DNA from: Chamaesiphon sp.
GTDB lineage: Bacteria; Cyanobacteriota; Cyanobacteriia; Cyanobacteriales; Chamaesiphonaceae
NCBI GenBank assembly: GCA_965246715.1
Contig: CBDFFH010000035.1
Coordinates: 1 to 64,000 of the forward strand
Length of the DNA: 64,000 bases
Direction: 5' to 3'
Below the pieces are notes generated by a model. That model saw only the letters and a program-made list of their open reading frames with translations. It was not told the DNA's origin and made no database searches. Numbering within the stretch: position 1 is the stretch's first letter; the number at the start of each line of letters is the position of its first letter. The position numbers were made by a program, and so were the translations under genes. Shown one piece after another: positions 20,786-32,760 of the stretch.

Positions 20786-22915
20786 ATGCAAGAACTGTTA
20801 TATATCGAAATACCTACTCCTGAGATCGATCGAGTGCGATCGTGGTTGCAGACTCAATGGCAGCCACAGGTAGGTACGGCAATTATTACGCCAGCGGGTT
20901 TGAGATTACAATTCCCAAAAACTGCTACAGAAGTAACAACTGCCATTCCCGAATTATCAATTTTTGTCTGGTCGCTGCAACGGACTACATATCTCAAAAT
21001 TTTTCGCTGGGCGGAGCGTGCTATCCCCACAGAAAATCGAATCATCAGTGATTTGACAACACGACTGCGCCAAGAATTCCCACCCACTCATCCCGCACCA
21101 CCGGAGAGCGATCTGACTCATCAGTCGATTTTTGAGGCGCTTGCGCCGCATTACCCCACGACTGTCAAGTATTTTCAGAAAATGCCCAATGGGGAAGCCG
21201 ATCTCAATCGCGTTTATTGGTGGGAAAAACGCTGGCGGGAAGGGGTCAAGAATCCTCAGCAACCCAAGCAAGTATTGTTTCGCACAAATGAATCCGAATT
21301 ACCCGCAGTTCCCACTTCCCAGCCCCAATACGACCTCATCTACATCGGTGGGGCATTAGGAGTCATCCATGCGGCGGTGATGGCAAGGTTGGGCTATAAA
21401 GTGTTGCTCCTCGAACGCTTACCCTTCGGGCGGATGAATCGAGAGTGGAATATTTCTCGCGATGAATTTCAACGTTTAATCGATCTAGATTTATTTACGC
21501 CAGCTGAGTTTGAAGGAGTCATCGCACGGGAATATATCGATGGGTTTAGTAAGTTTTTTGATGCTTATAATCCGCCCAATTGCAAGGCAAAAGTCTTGTC
21601 TACGCCCAAGGTATTGAATATTTGTCTGGACGCTGAGGCGCTATTGCGAGTCTGTGGTGATAAGTTACGCCAAGCCGGAGGCGACATCTGGGATGAGACC
21701 GAATTTATCCGCGCGGATATTTCGACGCGCGCAACGGTAATTACTAGCAAGCATTTACCGACAGGCGAAACGCGGATCGTGGCTGGCAGACTCCTCGTAG
21801 ACGCGATGGGCACGGCTTCGCCGATCGCGTGGCAGTTGAATGGCGTTCATGCTTTTGATAGTGTCTGTCCGACTGTGGGAGCCGCGATCTCGAGTGGTTT
21901 CGAGCCAGAAGTCTGGGATGCTAAATATGGGGATGTATTATTCAGTCACGGTGATATCTCGCGGGGCCGCCAACTGATTTGGGAGTTATTTCCAGGTGCT
22001 GGCGAAGAGATTACTGTTTATCTATTTCACTATCATCAGGTCGATCCTGAGAATCCAGGTTCGTTACTGGAAATGTATGAAGATTTCTTTACGATTTTGC
22101 CAGAATATCGCCGCTGCGACATGGATAAGCTCGTGTGGCGCAAGCCGACTTTTGGTTATATTCCGGGGCAATTTACGGTGACTAGTAGCGATCGTGTCGT
22201 AGCATTCGATCGGACGATCGCGATCGGCGATGCGGCTTCACTCCAATCACCCCTAATCTTCACTGGTTTTGGCTCCCTCGTCCGCAATCTGCCGCGCTTG
22301 ACGCACCTGCTCGATACCGCCCTCAAGCACGATCTGCTCGATGCTGACTCGCTCGATCGCATTCGTGCGTATCAGAGTAATGTGGCCGTAACTTGGCTAT
22401 TTTCCAAAGGGATGATGGTACCCACGGGGATGCTATTACCCCCAGCAAGAATTAATGCAACCTTGAATACGTTCTTCGGGCTACTCGCCAACGAACCACC
22501 AGAAGTTGCCGATACCTTTATCAAAGATCGTACCGATTGGATTACCTTCAATCGCCTCGCGCTCGTCGCTGCCAAGCAAAACCCCGCTTTATTATGGTGG
22601 ATTTGGAAAATTGCAGGAGCCAAGGATATCTTCCGGTGGTTGGGTAGTTACATCATTTTTGGTCTCAATGCGATCGTCAATTTCTTGTTTAGCCATTGGG
22701 TGCCAGCGCTAGCTACCCAAATCCAGCCGTGGTTGGAGGCAAGATCGCCGCGTCTGTGGCTGCGGTTGTTGGCATTTAGTTATAGTCTCAAGGCTGGTAC
22801 CCAACCACCGACGGCTCCGCCCAGTGCCCAGATTAGCACGAATAATAAACTAGACTTTTTGCCAGAGTCAGGCATCAATCCTCGCCCCCAACCCATCCAG
22901 GAAGGTAAGCGCTAA
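20786..22915 (+). CDS. cruA: CruA/CruP-family FAD-dependent lycopene cyclase (likely CruA)
   Basis: YIGGALG, RMNREWNISR and GDAASLQSPLIFTGFGS; long N-terminal extension. Confidence 0.72.
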   Translation: MQELLYIEIPTPEIDRVRSWLQTQWQPQVGTAIITPAGLRLQFPKTATEVTTAIPELSIFVWSLQRTTYLKIFRWAERAIPTENRIISDLTTRLRQEFPPTHPAPPESDLTHQSIFEALAPHYPTTVKYFQKMPNGEADLNRVYWWEKRWREGVKNPQQPKQVLFRTNESELPAVPTSQPQYDLIYIGGALGVIHAAVMARLGYKVLLLERLPFGRMNREWNISRDEFQRLIDLDLFTPAEFEGVIAREYIDGFSKFFDAYNPPNCKAKVLSTPKVLNICLDAEALLRVCGDKLRQAGGDIWDETEFIRADISTRATVITSKHLPTGETRIVAGRLLVDAMGTASPIAWQLNGVHAFDSVCPTVGAAISSGFEPEVWDAKYGDVLFSHGDISRGRQLIWELFPGAGEEITVYLFHYHQVDPENPGSLLEMYEDFFTILPEYRRCDMDKLVWRKPTFGYIPGQFTVTSSDRVVAFDRTIAIGDAASLQSPLIFTGFGSLVRNLPRLTHLLDTALKHDLLDADSLDRIRAYQSNVAVTWLFSKGMMVPTGMLLPPARINATLNTFFGLLANEPPEVADTFIKDRTDWITFNRLALVAAKQNPALLWWIWKIAGAKDIFRWLGSYIIFGLNAIVNFLFSHWVPALATQIQPWLEARSPRLWLRLLAFSYSLKAGTQPPTAPPSAQISTNNKLDFLPESGINPRPQPIQEGKR

Positions 22916-23074
22916 GGGAAAAATCGGTAGAGATATTAACGGTGGAGTGCGCTGCGGATTGGCGATCGATTATTAGACTTCTCTCGAAAGTCAGGGGATA
23001 GCGGATAGGGAATAGGGGCTACTATCGATCCAAACAGCGCTGAAAAAGATTGGGTTTTTACTTTCGCCGGAGGT

Positions 23075-23584
23075 CTATTGTTGCAAACCCAAGGCAGAGT
23101 CATCCGCTGACAGCAACGAGAGAATCTGATAGGGACGTTTGCCCCAATACGAGCCTGGGGCAAAGCTGGCTTCCTTGACTCCCGTACTAGTTTGAGCGCC
23201 GATAAATTTTTTGGCGCGAACGTCAGTGACAATACCCATGTGGGCTGAAGCCCCCCGCACCGAGGGAAAAATAATCAAGTCGCCGACAAGGGGCGACTTA
23301 GTGGGGGAAAAATCTGCATCATTCAGATATTCACTTGCCATCCGATAGTCAAAACCCTCAAAAATCTGACTGTAGACGGCGTACACAAAATGGGAGCAAT
23401 CGACACCGTTTTTATCTTTGCCGCCGTAACGATAGCGGGTGCCCGCCCACGATTTGGCTTCAGTGGCAACGGATTGAAGATCCTGGGATGTTAACACGCC
23501 CTCTTCGCCGACCTCTTCACTAGCACGGGCGGGTAGCACACAACAGCAAAATACTAGGGCACAGAGTAAAATTTTTTGGTACAT
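23075..23584 (-). CDS. Secreted NlpC/P60 cell-wall peptidase
   Basis: Signal peptide, YRYGG..GVDCS and HMGI. Confidence 0.85.
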   Translation of the reverse strand: MYQKILLCALVFCCCVLPARASEEVGEEGVLTSQDLQSVATEAKSWAGTRYRYGGKDKNGVDCSHFVYAVYSQIFEGFDYRMASEYLNDADFSPTKSPLVGDLIIFPSVRGASAHMGIVTDVRAKKFIGAQTSTGVKEASFAPGSYWGKRPYQILSLLSADDSALGLQQ

Positions 23585-23972
23585 AAAGATCGATTCTCCA
23601 ACGGAGCGGCAACGCCAATGAGTGGTAAATGACATTTAGACCTAATGCTACAAGGCGAAGACGGTTGCTACCAATCTGCGGTTCCTCAAGCTTGCTCGGT
23701 CGTCGAGTGAGTCCGATGGTGACTCCCTTCTACAGTTAAATTACCCACATTCATCGCTGCATTTACCAATTCATGAATCTCAAATCTGAATCAGAGCATC
23801 GATTTCAATAATTAACACCAGAATGCGTTAGCGAATCGATCGGATTGTACGCTTGGTGGTTGTCGATGGAAATCGATCGAATTTTCGATCGCGAAAACTT
23901 ACAAGATCGATCGTATCCACCTGCGTTCTCTCATATAATAGTGAGGGCGCAAACTGAGTCCCGATCGTCACC

Positions 23973-24875
23973 ATGCTGGAGAGTCCGAGCCAATCTGTTA
24001 AAATCGCGATCGTGGGAGACGTTCACGACGAATGGGAAGATGCCGATGCGATCGCGCTACAGCATCTTGGGGTAGATTTAGTATTATTCGTTGGCGACTT
24101 TGGGAATGAAGCAGTGGAATTGGTCGGTCGGATCGCCGCGCTAGAGTTACCCAAAGCCGCGATCTTCGGCAATCACGATGCTTGGTATACTGCTAGCGAT
24201 TGGGGTCGCAGCAAACGGCCATACGACCCGCTGGTAGAAGATCGGGTGCAACAACAAGCCGATCTATTGGGTGTGAGTTGTGTCGGTTATGGCAAATTAG
24301 ATTTTCCGCAATTCAACCTGTCGGTAATTGGCAGTCGTCCGTTTAGTTGGGGCGGTTCTGAGTGGAAATATAGCGACTTTTATGAGGAGCGATATGGCAT
24401 CGATAGTTTTGCGGCATCTACGCAGCGGATTGTCGAGATGGCCAGCAGTGCCACCTGCGAACATTTAATTACGATCGGACACAATGGCCCGACCGGACTG
24501 GGTGAAGAGCCAGAATCAATTTGTGGGAAGGATTGGGGCGAGCCAATCGGCGGTGACTATGGCGATCCGGACTTAGCCGCAGCAATCTCAATCCTCCAAG
24601 CCCAAGGCAAATCGATTCCCCTAGTGACTTTCGGCCACATGCATCACAAACTCAGGCATACGAAAGAACGGTTGCGACAACCGATCGTCGTGGCTTCCAA
24701 TGGAACGGTGTATCTCAATGCAGCCCGCTGTCCGCGAGTGTTATCGACGATCGAACGTACTGTCCGAAATTTTTCCCTGGTAACGATTGTCGATGGTAAG
24801 GTAACCAAGGCAGGCTTGGTCTGGACGACCGAAAATCATCAAGTAGGGTTGGAAGAAATCTATTTTAAATTATGA
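23973..24875 (+). CDS. Metallophosphoesterase, DevT/TIGR04168-like
   Basis: GDVH, GDFGNE, GNHDAW, HNGP and FGHMH motifs. Confidence 0.85.
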   Translation: MLESPSQSVKIAIVGDVHDEWEDADAIALQHLGVDLVLFVGDFGNEAVELVGRIAALELPKAAIFGNHDAWYTASDWGRSKRPYDPLVEDRVQQQADLLGVSCVGYGKLDFPQFNLSVIGSRPFSWGGSEWKYSDFYEERYGIDSFAASTQRIVEMASSATCEHLITIGHNGPTGLGEEPESICGKDWGEPIGGDYGDPDLAAAISILQAQGKSIPLVTFGHMHHKLRHTKERLRQPIVVASNGTVYLNAARCPRVLSTIERTVRNFSLVTIVDGKVTKAGLVWTTENHQVGLEEIYFKL

Positions 24876-24930
24876 GTTATGAATTATGTGGCGATCGGAC
24901 ACCTACCTATGTGTGCCGACACGTATAATT

Positions 24931-26640
24931 TTAAATCGGACTAGATTTAGACCAAGCATCGTCGCGAACGATCGTATGTACTTGCCAGGTGGGATCGATC
25001 GCAGGAAAATCAGTGCGATAGTGTCCGCCGCGACTTTCGGTGCGAATAGCAGCTCCAGTCAAAATTAATAGTCCGATATCTAATAAGTTGCGAGTTTCCC
25101 CCCATGTGTGGAGATCTTGCTCCTGTAGTCCCACTGGTAAGTCGTGGGATTGGGGTGGTGAGAGTTGGGTAATTAATTGGCTCAAAGCTAGAGTGTCGAA
25201 CTCAGTTTGCCAGAGCTTGACTCGATCGATGGCGCGATCGAGAGTGTGCTGTTCGCGGCAAATTCCGGCGGCTTGCCACATCAAGCGGGGTAATTCTTGG
25301 CGGATAGTTTGCACACGATCTCTAGCAGATGCAGCGGCTGTGGTTAATTGTGTCGCCCATACCGAAGATGTGGGCAAATCGCTGGTTGCCGGATCGATCG
25401 GTAGTTTAGCCTCGGCCGAGGCTAATCCTGGCTCGACAGGTATTTTAGCTAGTTGAGCACCAAAGACCACACATTCTAACAGCGAATTACTCGCCAGCCG
25501 ATTGGCTCCATGTACGCCCGTGCTGGTAGTTTCGCCCACTGCATAAACCCCCGGAATGCTGGTTTGCGTCATCAAATCGCTATAAATCCCGCCCATCCAA
25601 TAATGTGCGGCGGGTGCGACGGGAATTAGCTCGGTGAGAATATCGATCCCCCAATGTTGGCAAACTTGAATGATATTGGGGAACCTGTGCCGGATTTTTT
25701 CGTGTGGAATCGGGCTTAAATCGAGCCAGACGCAGCCTGTGGCGGGATCGGCGCTATGTTTTTGTAAATGACTGAAAATCGCCTGACTGACGACATCTCT
25801 AGGCGCGAGTTCTCCAGCTGGATGGTAGTCAAAGGTAAACCGATACCCCCGATCGTCCACCAAATGCGCCCCTTCACCTCGCACCGCTTCACTGATTAGA
25901 AATCTCGGTGCACCAGCTTTGGTGAGCGCAGTCGGATGAAATTGTATGAACTCCAGATCCCGCAACAGTCCGCCAGCCCGATGTGCCATCCCGACTCCAT
26001 CGCCCGTACTGACTTCGGGATTGGTCGTTTGGGCGTAAACTTGTCCACCACCACCTGTAGCTAAAATTACAGCCGAGGCTCGCACCCAGCTAATCTTGCC
26101 TGCATATAACAAACTAATTCCCTGACAGCGCCCATCCTCCAACCATAAATCCAAGGCAAATGCTTCGGTGAGGACGGTAATATTCGACTGTGCCAATACC
26201 CGCTCTGCTAAAGTACTCACTAACGCTCGCCCTGTGGTGTCTGCCGCATGTAGGACGCGGGGACGGGAATGAGCAGCTTCGAGCGTCAATGCTAAATTCT
26301 TGCCAACCCGATCGAATGCAACTCCAAAATCTACCAGCGAGTCGATACATACCGAAGCATGAGTCACGAGAAATTCTACTGCAGCTCGATCGCATAATCC
26401 CGCACCCGCCCGTAATGTATCGGCGATATGCAAGTCTACCGAATCCTGTGGATCTACTACCGCCGCAATCCCCCCCTGCGCCCAATCACTCGCTGACATG
26501 GGCAAACTAGCTTTGCTAACGATCGCGACGCTCAGCGAGGCTGGCAGACACAATGCTGAGTACAAACCAGCCGCTCCAGCCCCCACGACGATAACATCAA
26601 AGCTAGTGGGGTAGGGAATCGGGGATTGGAGATAGGGCAT
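24931..26640 (-). CDS. nadB: L-aspartate oxidase
   Basis: WAQGGIAA, QFHPT, ELAPRDVV, GVHGANRLASNSL and ESRGGHYR; start moved to the ATG at 26640 because upstream is repeat DNA. Confidence 0.95.
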   Translation of the reverse strand: MPYLQSPIPYPTSFDVIVVGAGAAGLYSALCLPASLSVAIVSKASLPMSASDWAQGGIAAVVDPQDSVDLHIADTLRAGAGLCDRAAVEFLVTHASVCIDSLVDFGVAFDRVGKNLALTLEAAHSRPRVLHAADTTGRALVSTLAERVLAQSNITVLTEAFALDLWLEDGRCQGISLLYAGKISWVRASAVILATGGGGQVYAQTTNPEVSTGDGVGMAHRAGGLLRDLEFIQFHPTALTKAGAPRFLISEAVRGEGAHLVDDRGYRFTFDYHPAGELAPRDVVSQAIFSHLQKHSADPATGCVWLDLSPIPHEKIRHRFPNIIQVCQHWGIDILTELIPVAPAAHYWMGGIYSDLMTQTSIPGVYAVGETTSTGVHGANRLASNSLLECVVFGAQLAKIPVEPGLASAEAKLPIDPATSDLPTSSVWATQLTTAAASARDRVQTIRQELPRLMWQAAGICREQHTLDRAIDRVKLWQTEFDTLALSQLITQLSPPQSHDLPVGLQEQDLHTWGETRNLLDIGLLILTGAAIRTESRGGHYRTDFPAIDPTWQVHTIVRDDAWSKSSPI

Positions 26641-26645
26641 AGCAA

Positions 26646-26822
26646 ACAGTGAATAGTGGTTAGTGGCGGGTGAACAGTGAATAGTGAACAGTGAACAGTA
26701 GTTGGTCGATCCAAAATCCAAAATCCTGTCTTGTTGCGCTTTTTACGTCGGGAAACCCGACGAGCGCGCACCGCAAAATCCAAAATCCTCAATTCCCTAT
26801 CCCCTATCCCCTATTTCCTATT
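26646..26822 (+). repeat. Composite repeat: heptamer tracts (CAGTGAA, AAATCCA, CCCTATC) around a hairpin core
   Basis: Inverted near-copy at 27433-27632. Confidence 0.85.
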
Positions 26823-26840
26823 ATCTGTGACGATCGACAC

Positions 26841-26868
26841 AAAAAAACCACCCTGAGAATGGGTGGGG
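26841..26868 (-). terminator. Terminator after psbU
   Basis: Minus strand ccaccc-attctca-gggtgg followed by a T run. Confidence 0.6.
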
Positions 26869-26955
26869 ATGGTAATCAGGATAAAAATATTAATAACTAC
26901 AATGGAACTAAGTCGATCGGTTCCGAGCTGGAGTTGTTAATCGATCGTCGATGAT

Positions 26956-27378
26956 TTAGTAATAACCATTGTTATAGCGATCGCCACCTTCGGTAAAGGT
27001 ATCGTCCGTAGTTGTCAGGGTAAATTTGTCGAGGTTGGCATTGAGCATTTCTTTTTGCTTTTCGCTCAAACCAGCAATATTTAGTACGTCTTCAACATTT
27101 TTATAAGGAGCGTTGTCTACAACTTTCCGTGCGAGGGTTGGATATAGACCAGGATACTTGCGAAATGCCCGAACGTTAGTATTGTTTAAATCGATTTTTT
27201 TACCAAATTCCGTGCCTAATTTACTATCAGCACTATTTGTAATTGGCTCTTGGGCTACTGGAGCGGCAGCTAGTACCATCGAATTGTTCCAGGTAGCCGC
27301 CATTGCTTGTTGAGAACCACCAAGCAAACAAGTCAAGCAGAGACTAAAGACGACGAGTAGACCGGCAAACCGTTTCAT
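26956..27378 (-). CDS. psbU: Photosystem II 12-kDa extrinsic protein PsbU
   Basis: Signal peptide, [20 protein letters not shown] and DRYNNGYY. Confidence 0.95.
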   Translation of the reverse strand: MKRFAGLLVVFSLCLTCLLGGSQQAMAATWNNSMVLAAAPVAQEPITNSADSKLGTEFGKKIDLNNTNVRAFRKYPGLYPTLARKVVDNAPYKNVEDVLNIAGLSEKQKEMLNANLDKFTLTTTDDTFTEGGDRYNNGYY

Positions 27379-27432
27379 AAAATATATTTCTCCAAACACA
27401 GCATCTTAATTTTCCATCATTTTACCCCAATC

Positions 27433-27632
27433 GGGGGATAGGGGATAGGGATTGGGGATTTTGGATTGGGGATTGGGGATTGAGGATTTTGGATTTTGCG
27501 GTGCGCGCTCGTCGTTATTGGAGGTTCCCTCCAAGGGTTTCCCGACGTAAAAAGCGCAACAAGACAGGATTTTGGATTGCGGATCGACCAGCCACTGTTC
27601 ACTGTTCACTATTCACTATTCACTGTTCACTG
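27433..27632 (-). repeat. Second (inverted) copy of the composite repeat, with an extra 21-nt hairpin insert
   Basis: Reverse complement matches 26646-26822 except for the ttggagggaacctccaataac insert. Confidence 0.85.
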
Positions 27633-27657
27633 GCCACTAAAGCCCAATCCCTATCCC

Positions 27658-28818
<1,161 letters not shown>

Positions 28819-29010
28819 TTACTAAAGTTATTAATGTTATGAGTCAATATTCGCTCAATGTATCAGGACAAGGGCAAACAAGTAAACCACGATCGTCAAA
28901 AATTAAGGTTAAGAACTGGTTAACCTAGGTAACAAAGTCTTTAATTCTGCGACAATTTCTAACTGTAATTGATTAATACTACATAGCGCGAACCGACATA
29001 ATTAGTAAAA

Positions 29011-29874
29011 ATGAACGCTAAAAAACTCCTCGTCCCACCAGGGGAAAAAATCGATCTCGATGACTACGATCCCGCAGATACTGGTGAATTCACTGACAAA
29101 CAAGCTGGACAAGTCAAATTAGCTGCGGATATCGAACGCTTGTCAGAATATCAAAATATTCTCTATGCTCAGAATAAATTTTCAGTATTAATTATTTTCC
29201 AAGCGATGGATGCTGCGGGTAAAGATAGCACCATCAAACACGTAATGTCAGGGGTCAATCCCCAAGGTTGCCAAGTATTCAGTTTCCAAAGTCCTTCGAG
29301 TGAAGAATTAGACCACGATTACTTGTGGCGCATCCATAAAGCTCTGCCAGAACGCGGTCGAATCGGGATTTTCAATCGATCGCATTATGAGGAAACACTT
29401 GTCGTCCGGGTACATCCGGAGTTACTTGCTGCCCAAAGTTTGTCAACTACCGATAATCATCAAAAAATTTGGCAGCAGCGATTTCAAGAAATCAATGACT
29501 TCGAGCATTATTTAACTAATAATGGAACGGTCGTTATCAAGTTTTTTCTGCATGTCTCGAAAGCCGAGCAAAAGAAGCGATTTTTAGAACGTATCGATTC
29601 ACCCGCAAAACACTGGAAATTTAGTGCTGCTGATATCAAAGAGCGCGAGCGCTGGGATGACTATCAAGCAGCCTACACGGATGTCTTCAACCACACGAGT
29701 ACCAAAGCAGCACCCTGGTATATCATTCCGGCCGATCGCAAGTGGTATACACGGCTGGCCGTTGCTGATATTATTTGTAGTCGCTTCAAGCAACTCGATC
29801 TCGCTTACCCAACCCTCAGTCCCGAACAGGAAGCTCAAATATCAGCCGCAAAAAAAAGCCTCGAACTAGAATAA
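29011..29874 (+). CDS. ppk2: Polyphosphate kinase 2 family (class III-like)
   Basis: QAMDAAGKD, FNRSHYE and IPADRKW motifs. Confidence 0.92.
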   Translation: MNAKKLLVPPGEKIDLDDYDPADTGEFTDKQAGQVKLAADIERLSEYQNILYAQNKFSVLIIFQAMDAAGKDSTIKHVMSGVNPQGCQVFSFQSPSSEELDHDYLWRIHKALPERGRIGIFNRSHYEETLVVRVHPELLAAQSLSTTDNHQKIWQQRFQEINDFEHYLTNNGTVVIKFFLHVSKAEQKKRFLERIDSPAKHWKFSAADIKERERWDDYQAAYTDVFNHTSTKAAPWYIIPADRKWYTRLAVADIICSRFKQLDLAYPTLSPEQEAQISAAKKSLELE

Positions 29875-30055
29875 TAAAATGTATTTTATAATTATCAATA
29901 GCGCTCGATCGTTAACTTAAGTTGGAGTGTGTAGCCTTTTTTACTCATAAGCTAATGGGATTGGAACAGCTTGATGTAAAATCTTATTCTTACTCTATTC
30001 CAGCCCCTAGCGATTATCTTCTGACTACCTGCAGCCACCATCAAAATACCTAAAT

Positions 30056-30412
30056 ATGATGTTTTTCAAGGGAATTAGAATTAAGCTTGCAAGCTATGCT
30101 TTCGATATATTCAATGGCAATTTCCGGCAGGAACGGCAGCACCTGCAAGATATCGTAGAGATTCTACAAGAACCTACATTGGCGGCTGTCGTTAACGATC
30201 GCAATCGAAAACAGGCGATCGAGCTAATCACCAGCCACCATTTGTTTGAAGATAATAGTTTTGCTTGTGAGAAAATAAAGTTTTTTATTATCGCTACTCA
30301 CGTTTGCGACAAGCTATTAGCACTAGCTCCAGCTTGCGAGATGGTTAACCAAGATCTCCTTCAAGTTCAGATCGATCGATCCTTACAGTCCATCTCCACA
30401 CCTCAACACTAA
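30056..30412 (+). CDS. Hypothetical protein
   Basis: 118-aa ORF followed by a strong hairpin; no recognised motif. Confidence 0.45.
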   Translation: MMFFKGIRIKLASYAFDIFNGNFRQERQHLQDIVEILQEPTLAAVVNDRNRKQAIELITSHHLFEDNSFACEKIKFFIIATHVCDKLLALAPACEMVNQDLLQVQIDRSLQSISTPQH

Positions 30413-30435
30413 TCTCGATCTAAACCTAACCATCA

Positions 30436-30488
30436 TTTAGTCAAACCGAGCGCCTAAATGCCAGCGATCCACGCTCGGTTTGACTAAA
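30436..30488. terminator. 17-bp perfect inverted repeat between convergent ORFs
   Basis: tttagtcaaaccgagcg ... cgctcggtttgactaaa. Confidence 0.55.
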
Positions 30489-30697
30489 TCTCCGGCAGTA
30501 TTTAACGGGACATAGACTAAGTTATCGTTGAATTTAACGGGTATGTAACTCGATTGCTAACTGTATTCGCGACTAACTAAATGGATGAAATCTCGCAAAC
30601 ATCGATCGCTAATTCTCAAGGCGATCGATAAAATGCGGTTAGAGTCGCTCGATAAAGGCGTAATCTGACGATCTGATTTACTCAATTTGAGGATCGA

Positions 30698-31153
30698 TTA
30701 AATTCCACAAGCACCTGTCGCTTTAAGGATCTTAGTTTGGTTGCCACGACCGATCGAAATTGTGGCATCATAGCTAGCTCCTTCATTCTCTGGACTGGTT
30801 CTGGTATAATTTACCCTAACATTCAGAGTACCAGAGCGATAGGTAGCAATCGCACCACGTTTGTTTTTGACTTCGCGCACTGAGGTTAAAAGAGTATCTT
30901 TGCCATCGATATTCATTAACGCTTGGCTTTGTAACTGTGACTGATATTCCGATAAGAATACATCACGTTTTTGTCGATCGTTAGCTAAATACAAATTGCA
31001 ATATGTACCTTGAGTTTTCAGTGCGCTGGTGTTGCGAATATTGCCAATCGAGATTGAATTAGTTTTGGCGAGGCCGACGATGTGAAGATTGGATGCGATC
31101 GATATTAAAATCGTACTGCCGATCGCTAAGTTAGATATTGAAAGAACTCGCAT
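30698..31153 (-). CDS. Hypothetical secreted protein
   Basis: Hydrophobic N-terminus, beta-rich body ending GACGI. Confidence 0.65.
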   Translation of the reverse strand: MRVLSISNLAIGSTILISIASNLHIVGLAKTNSISIGNIRNTSALKTQGTYCNLYLANDRQKRDVFLSEYQSQLQSQALMNIDGKDTLLTSVREVKNKRGAIATYRSGTLNVRVNYTRTSPENEGASYDATISIGRGNQTKILKATGACGI

Positions 31154-31299
31154 GTTTAAATAATAGTTAGATGATGAATGACTATTTATAACTACATTAT
31201 TTTCTAGATATTTCCGAAATAATTACTAGACTTTCTGTGGAGGTATTAATCGATTGCCGTCTGTCTTGTCGTGATGACAAATGGTGAAATAAAGGCATT

Positions 31300-31645
31300 C
31301 CTTCTCGCTCGGCATAACATTTTCGGGGAGAGCTGTGTAAGCTTGGTGAATTAAATATTTCTTGTTTTTAAAATTCCAATCGGGAAGAATCATCACGTCT
31401 GCCTTTGGCAAAGTATCACTAAATAAGTCACCAGAAACAACTCGAACTAGATCGCTCGATCTGGATTTGTCGATCGATTTCTTAGCAATCGGTTCCAATA
31501 CTTCTCGGTTAATCTAAAAACTAGTTAGTCCGCTTAGGCAGGCTTTTGCCGCGAGCGGCAACAACCGGACTTGGCTTCACTAGCAGCGACTTCAGTCGCT
31601 AGCAGTTCTTAACCGAGAAGTATTGCAATCGGTTCTACTTACGCT
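31300..31645 (-). pseudogene. SAM-dependent O-methyltransferase remnant interrupted by a MITE
   Basis: VSGDLFSDTLPKADVMIL..DWN..KKYLIHQAYTALP resembles the C-terminus of methyltransf_2 proteins. Confidence 0.6.
31496..31625. mobile_element. 130-bp MITE with 17-bp perfect TIR CAATACTTCTCGGTTAA and 10-bp TSD caatcggttc
   Basis: TSD at 31486-31495 and 31626-31635. Confidence 0.9.
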
Positions 31646-31659
31646 CCGATGTTATAAAT

Positions 31660-32544
31660 TCAGAAGATAATTGAAGGCAGAAATGGGCCTGCGGGCTGAT
31701 GATAGAGACCGATGCTCATCAACGTCATCGGTTGGACGACTCGCAGCCCTTGTTGCAAACACCAGCGGAACAGTTGACTATTGCGGCTCGGCAGAAGTAG
31801 CCCCGACCCCTCAAAAGATTTGGCAGCACCGATTAATGCTTTGAGACTTTCATTACTCGTACCCACCGCATGACCAAAAAACCCGATCGAGGTAGCATAA
31901 CCAGTAATTTGAGCGTCATGTTCGACGACGGTAGCCGTACCCTGTTGAATCGCACCGCTCAATTCTCGATCGCGATCGAAGCCATGCACCTGCTGACAGA
32001 GCTGATTACAAGCAGCGAGATCGTCTACTGTTGCCGATCGAACTGTATAGCCGGGAATTTCGATGCCCAGAGCCTGTCCTTGGAGATTTGCCAATGGTTC
32101 CTGGACATCAAAACCTAGCTTGGTATATAGAGCCAAAGAACGGTTATGAAATGCCCCCTGAACTAGCCGCACGCCTGCAACGTGCTGCTGTTGAGCGCGA
32201 GCGAGTACTGCTTGCATCAGATGTCTGCCCACAGCAGCGTTTTGGCTGCGGGGACAGACGGAGAGCGGGCCAACACCCGCAATAACCGACTCTTCCCAGA
32301 GAAAATTACTACCCACGATCTGCCCATCTACCTCTGCCACTACCGAGTAAACATCTGGGCGAGAAAATATCACTGACATAAATCCTTGGGTAGCTTCTAC
32401 CGATGGCAGATCTGGGGGGAAGTTGTGATGCTCGGAAATCGTCTTAAAGGCTTGATAGCAGATCTCACCGCAGGTCTGGGCATCGTCAGGAGTACCAGAT
32501 CTCAGTTTGAAAGTCATTTCAGCTACTGTTATTACCTGTTGCAT
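31660..32544 (-). CDS. GNAT family acetyltransferase (two-domain)
   Basis: VGPLSV..QNAAVGRHLM and SLALYTKLGF motifs. Confidence 0.82.
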   Translation of the reverse strand: MQQVITVAEMTFKLRSGTPDDAQTCGEICYQAFKTISEHHNFPPDLPSVEATQGFMSVIFSRPDVYSVVAEVDGQIVGSNFLWEESVIAGVGPLSVCPRSQNAAVGRHLMQAVLARAQQQHVAGVRLVQGAFHNRSLALYTKLGFDVQEPLANLQGQALGIEIPGYTVRSATVDDLAACNQLCQQVHGFDRDRELSGAIQQGTATVVEHDAQITGYATSIGFFGHAVGTSNESLKALIGAAKSFEGSGLLLPSRNSQLFRWCLQQGLRVVQPMTLMSIGLYHQPAGPFLPSIIF

Positions 32545-32760
32545 CTGGCTACTCCAGTGATGTGTGAGGTTGAATATCTTGGATACTCTTAGTTTCGCCC
32601 CACTTTATTTGTAACACCAGCTTACATAAATTAAGTTAACATTTAACTTAACCAGTGGTGCACTCGATCTCGAAGTCGATCGAGATTTATCGATCGACTT
32701 GTTAAATTGCGGGGATCGAGACAGCAGCACGTCGATCTAGAAACGATCGTTCGCGGAGCA

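Noticed and set aside
23640..23800. c-di-AMP (ydaO) riboswitch upstream of the NlpC/P60 gene
   Set aside because: Conserved riboswitch motifs could not be found by eye.
26641..26721. N-terminal extension of nadB, and ORFs 26532-26954 and 27406-27738
   Set aside because: Translations of heptamer tandem repeats and the composite repeat.
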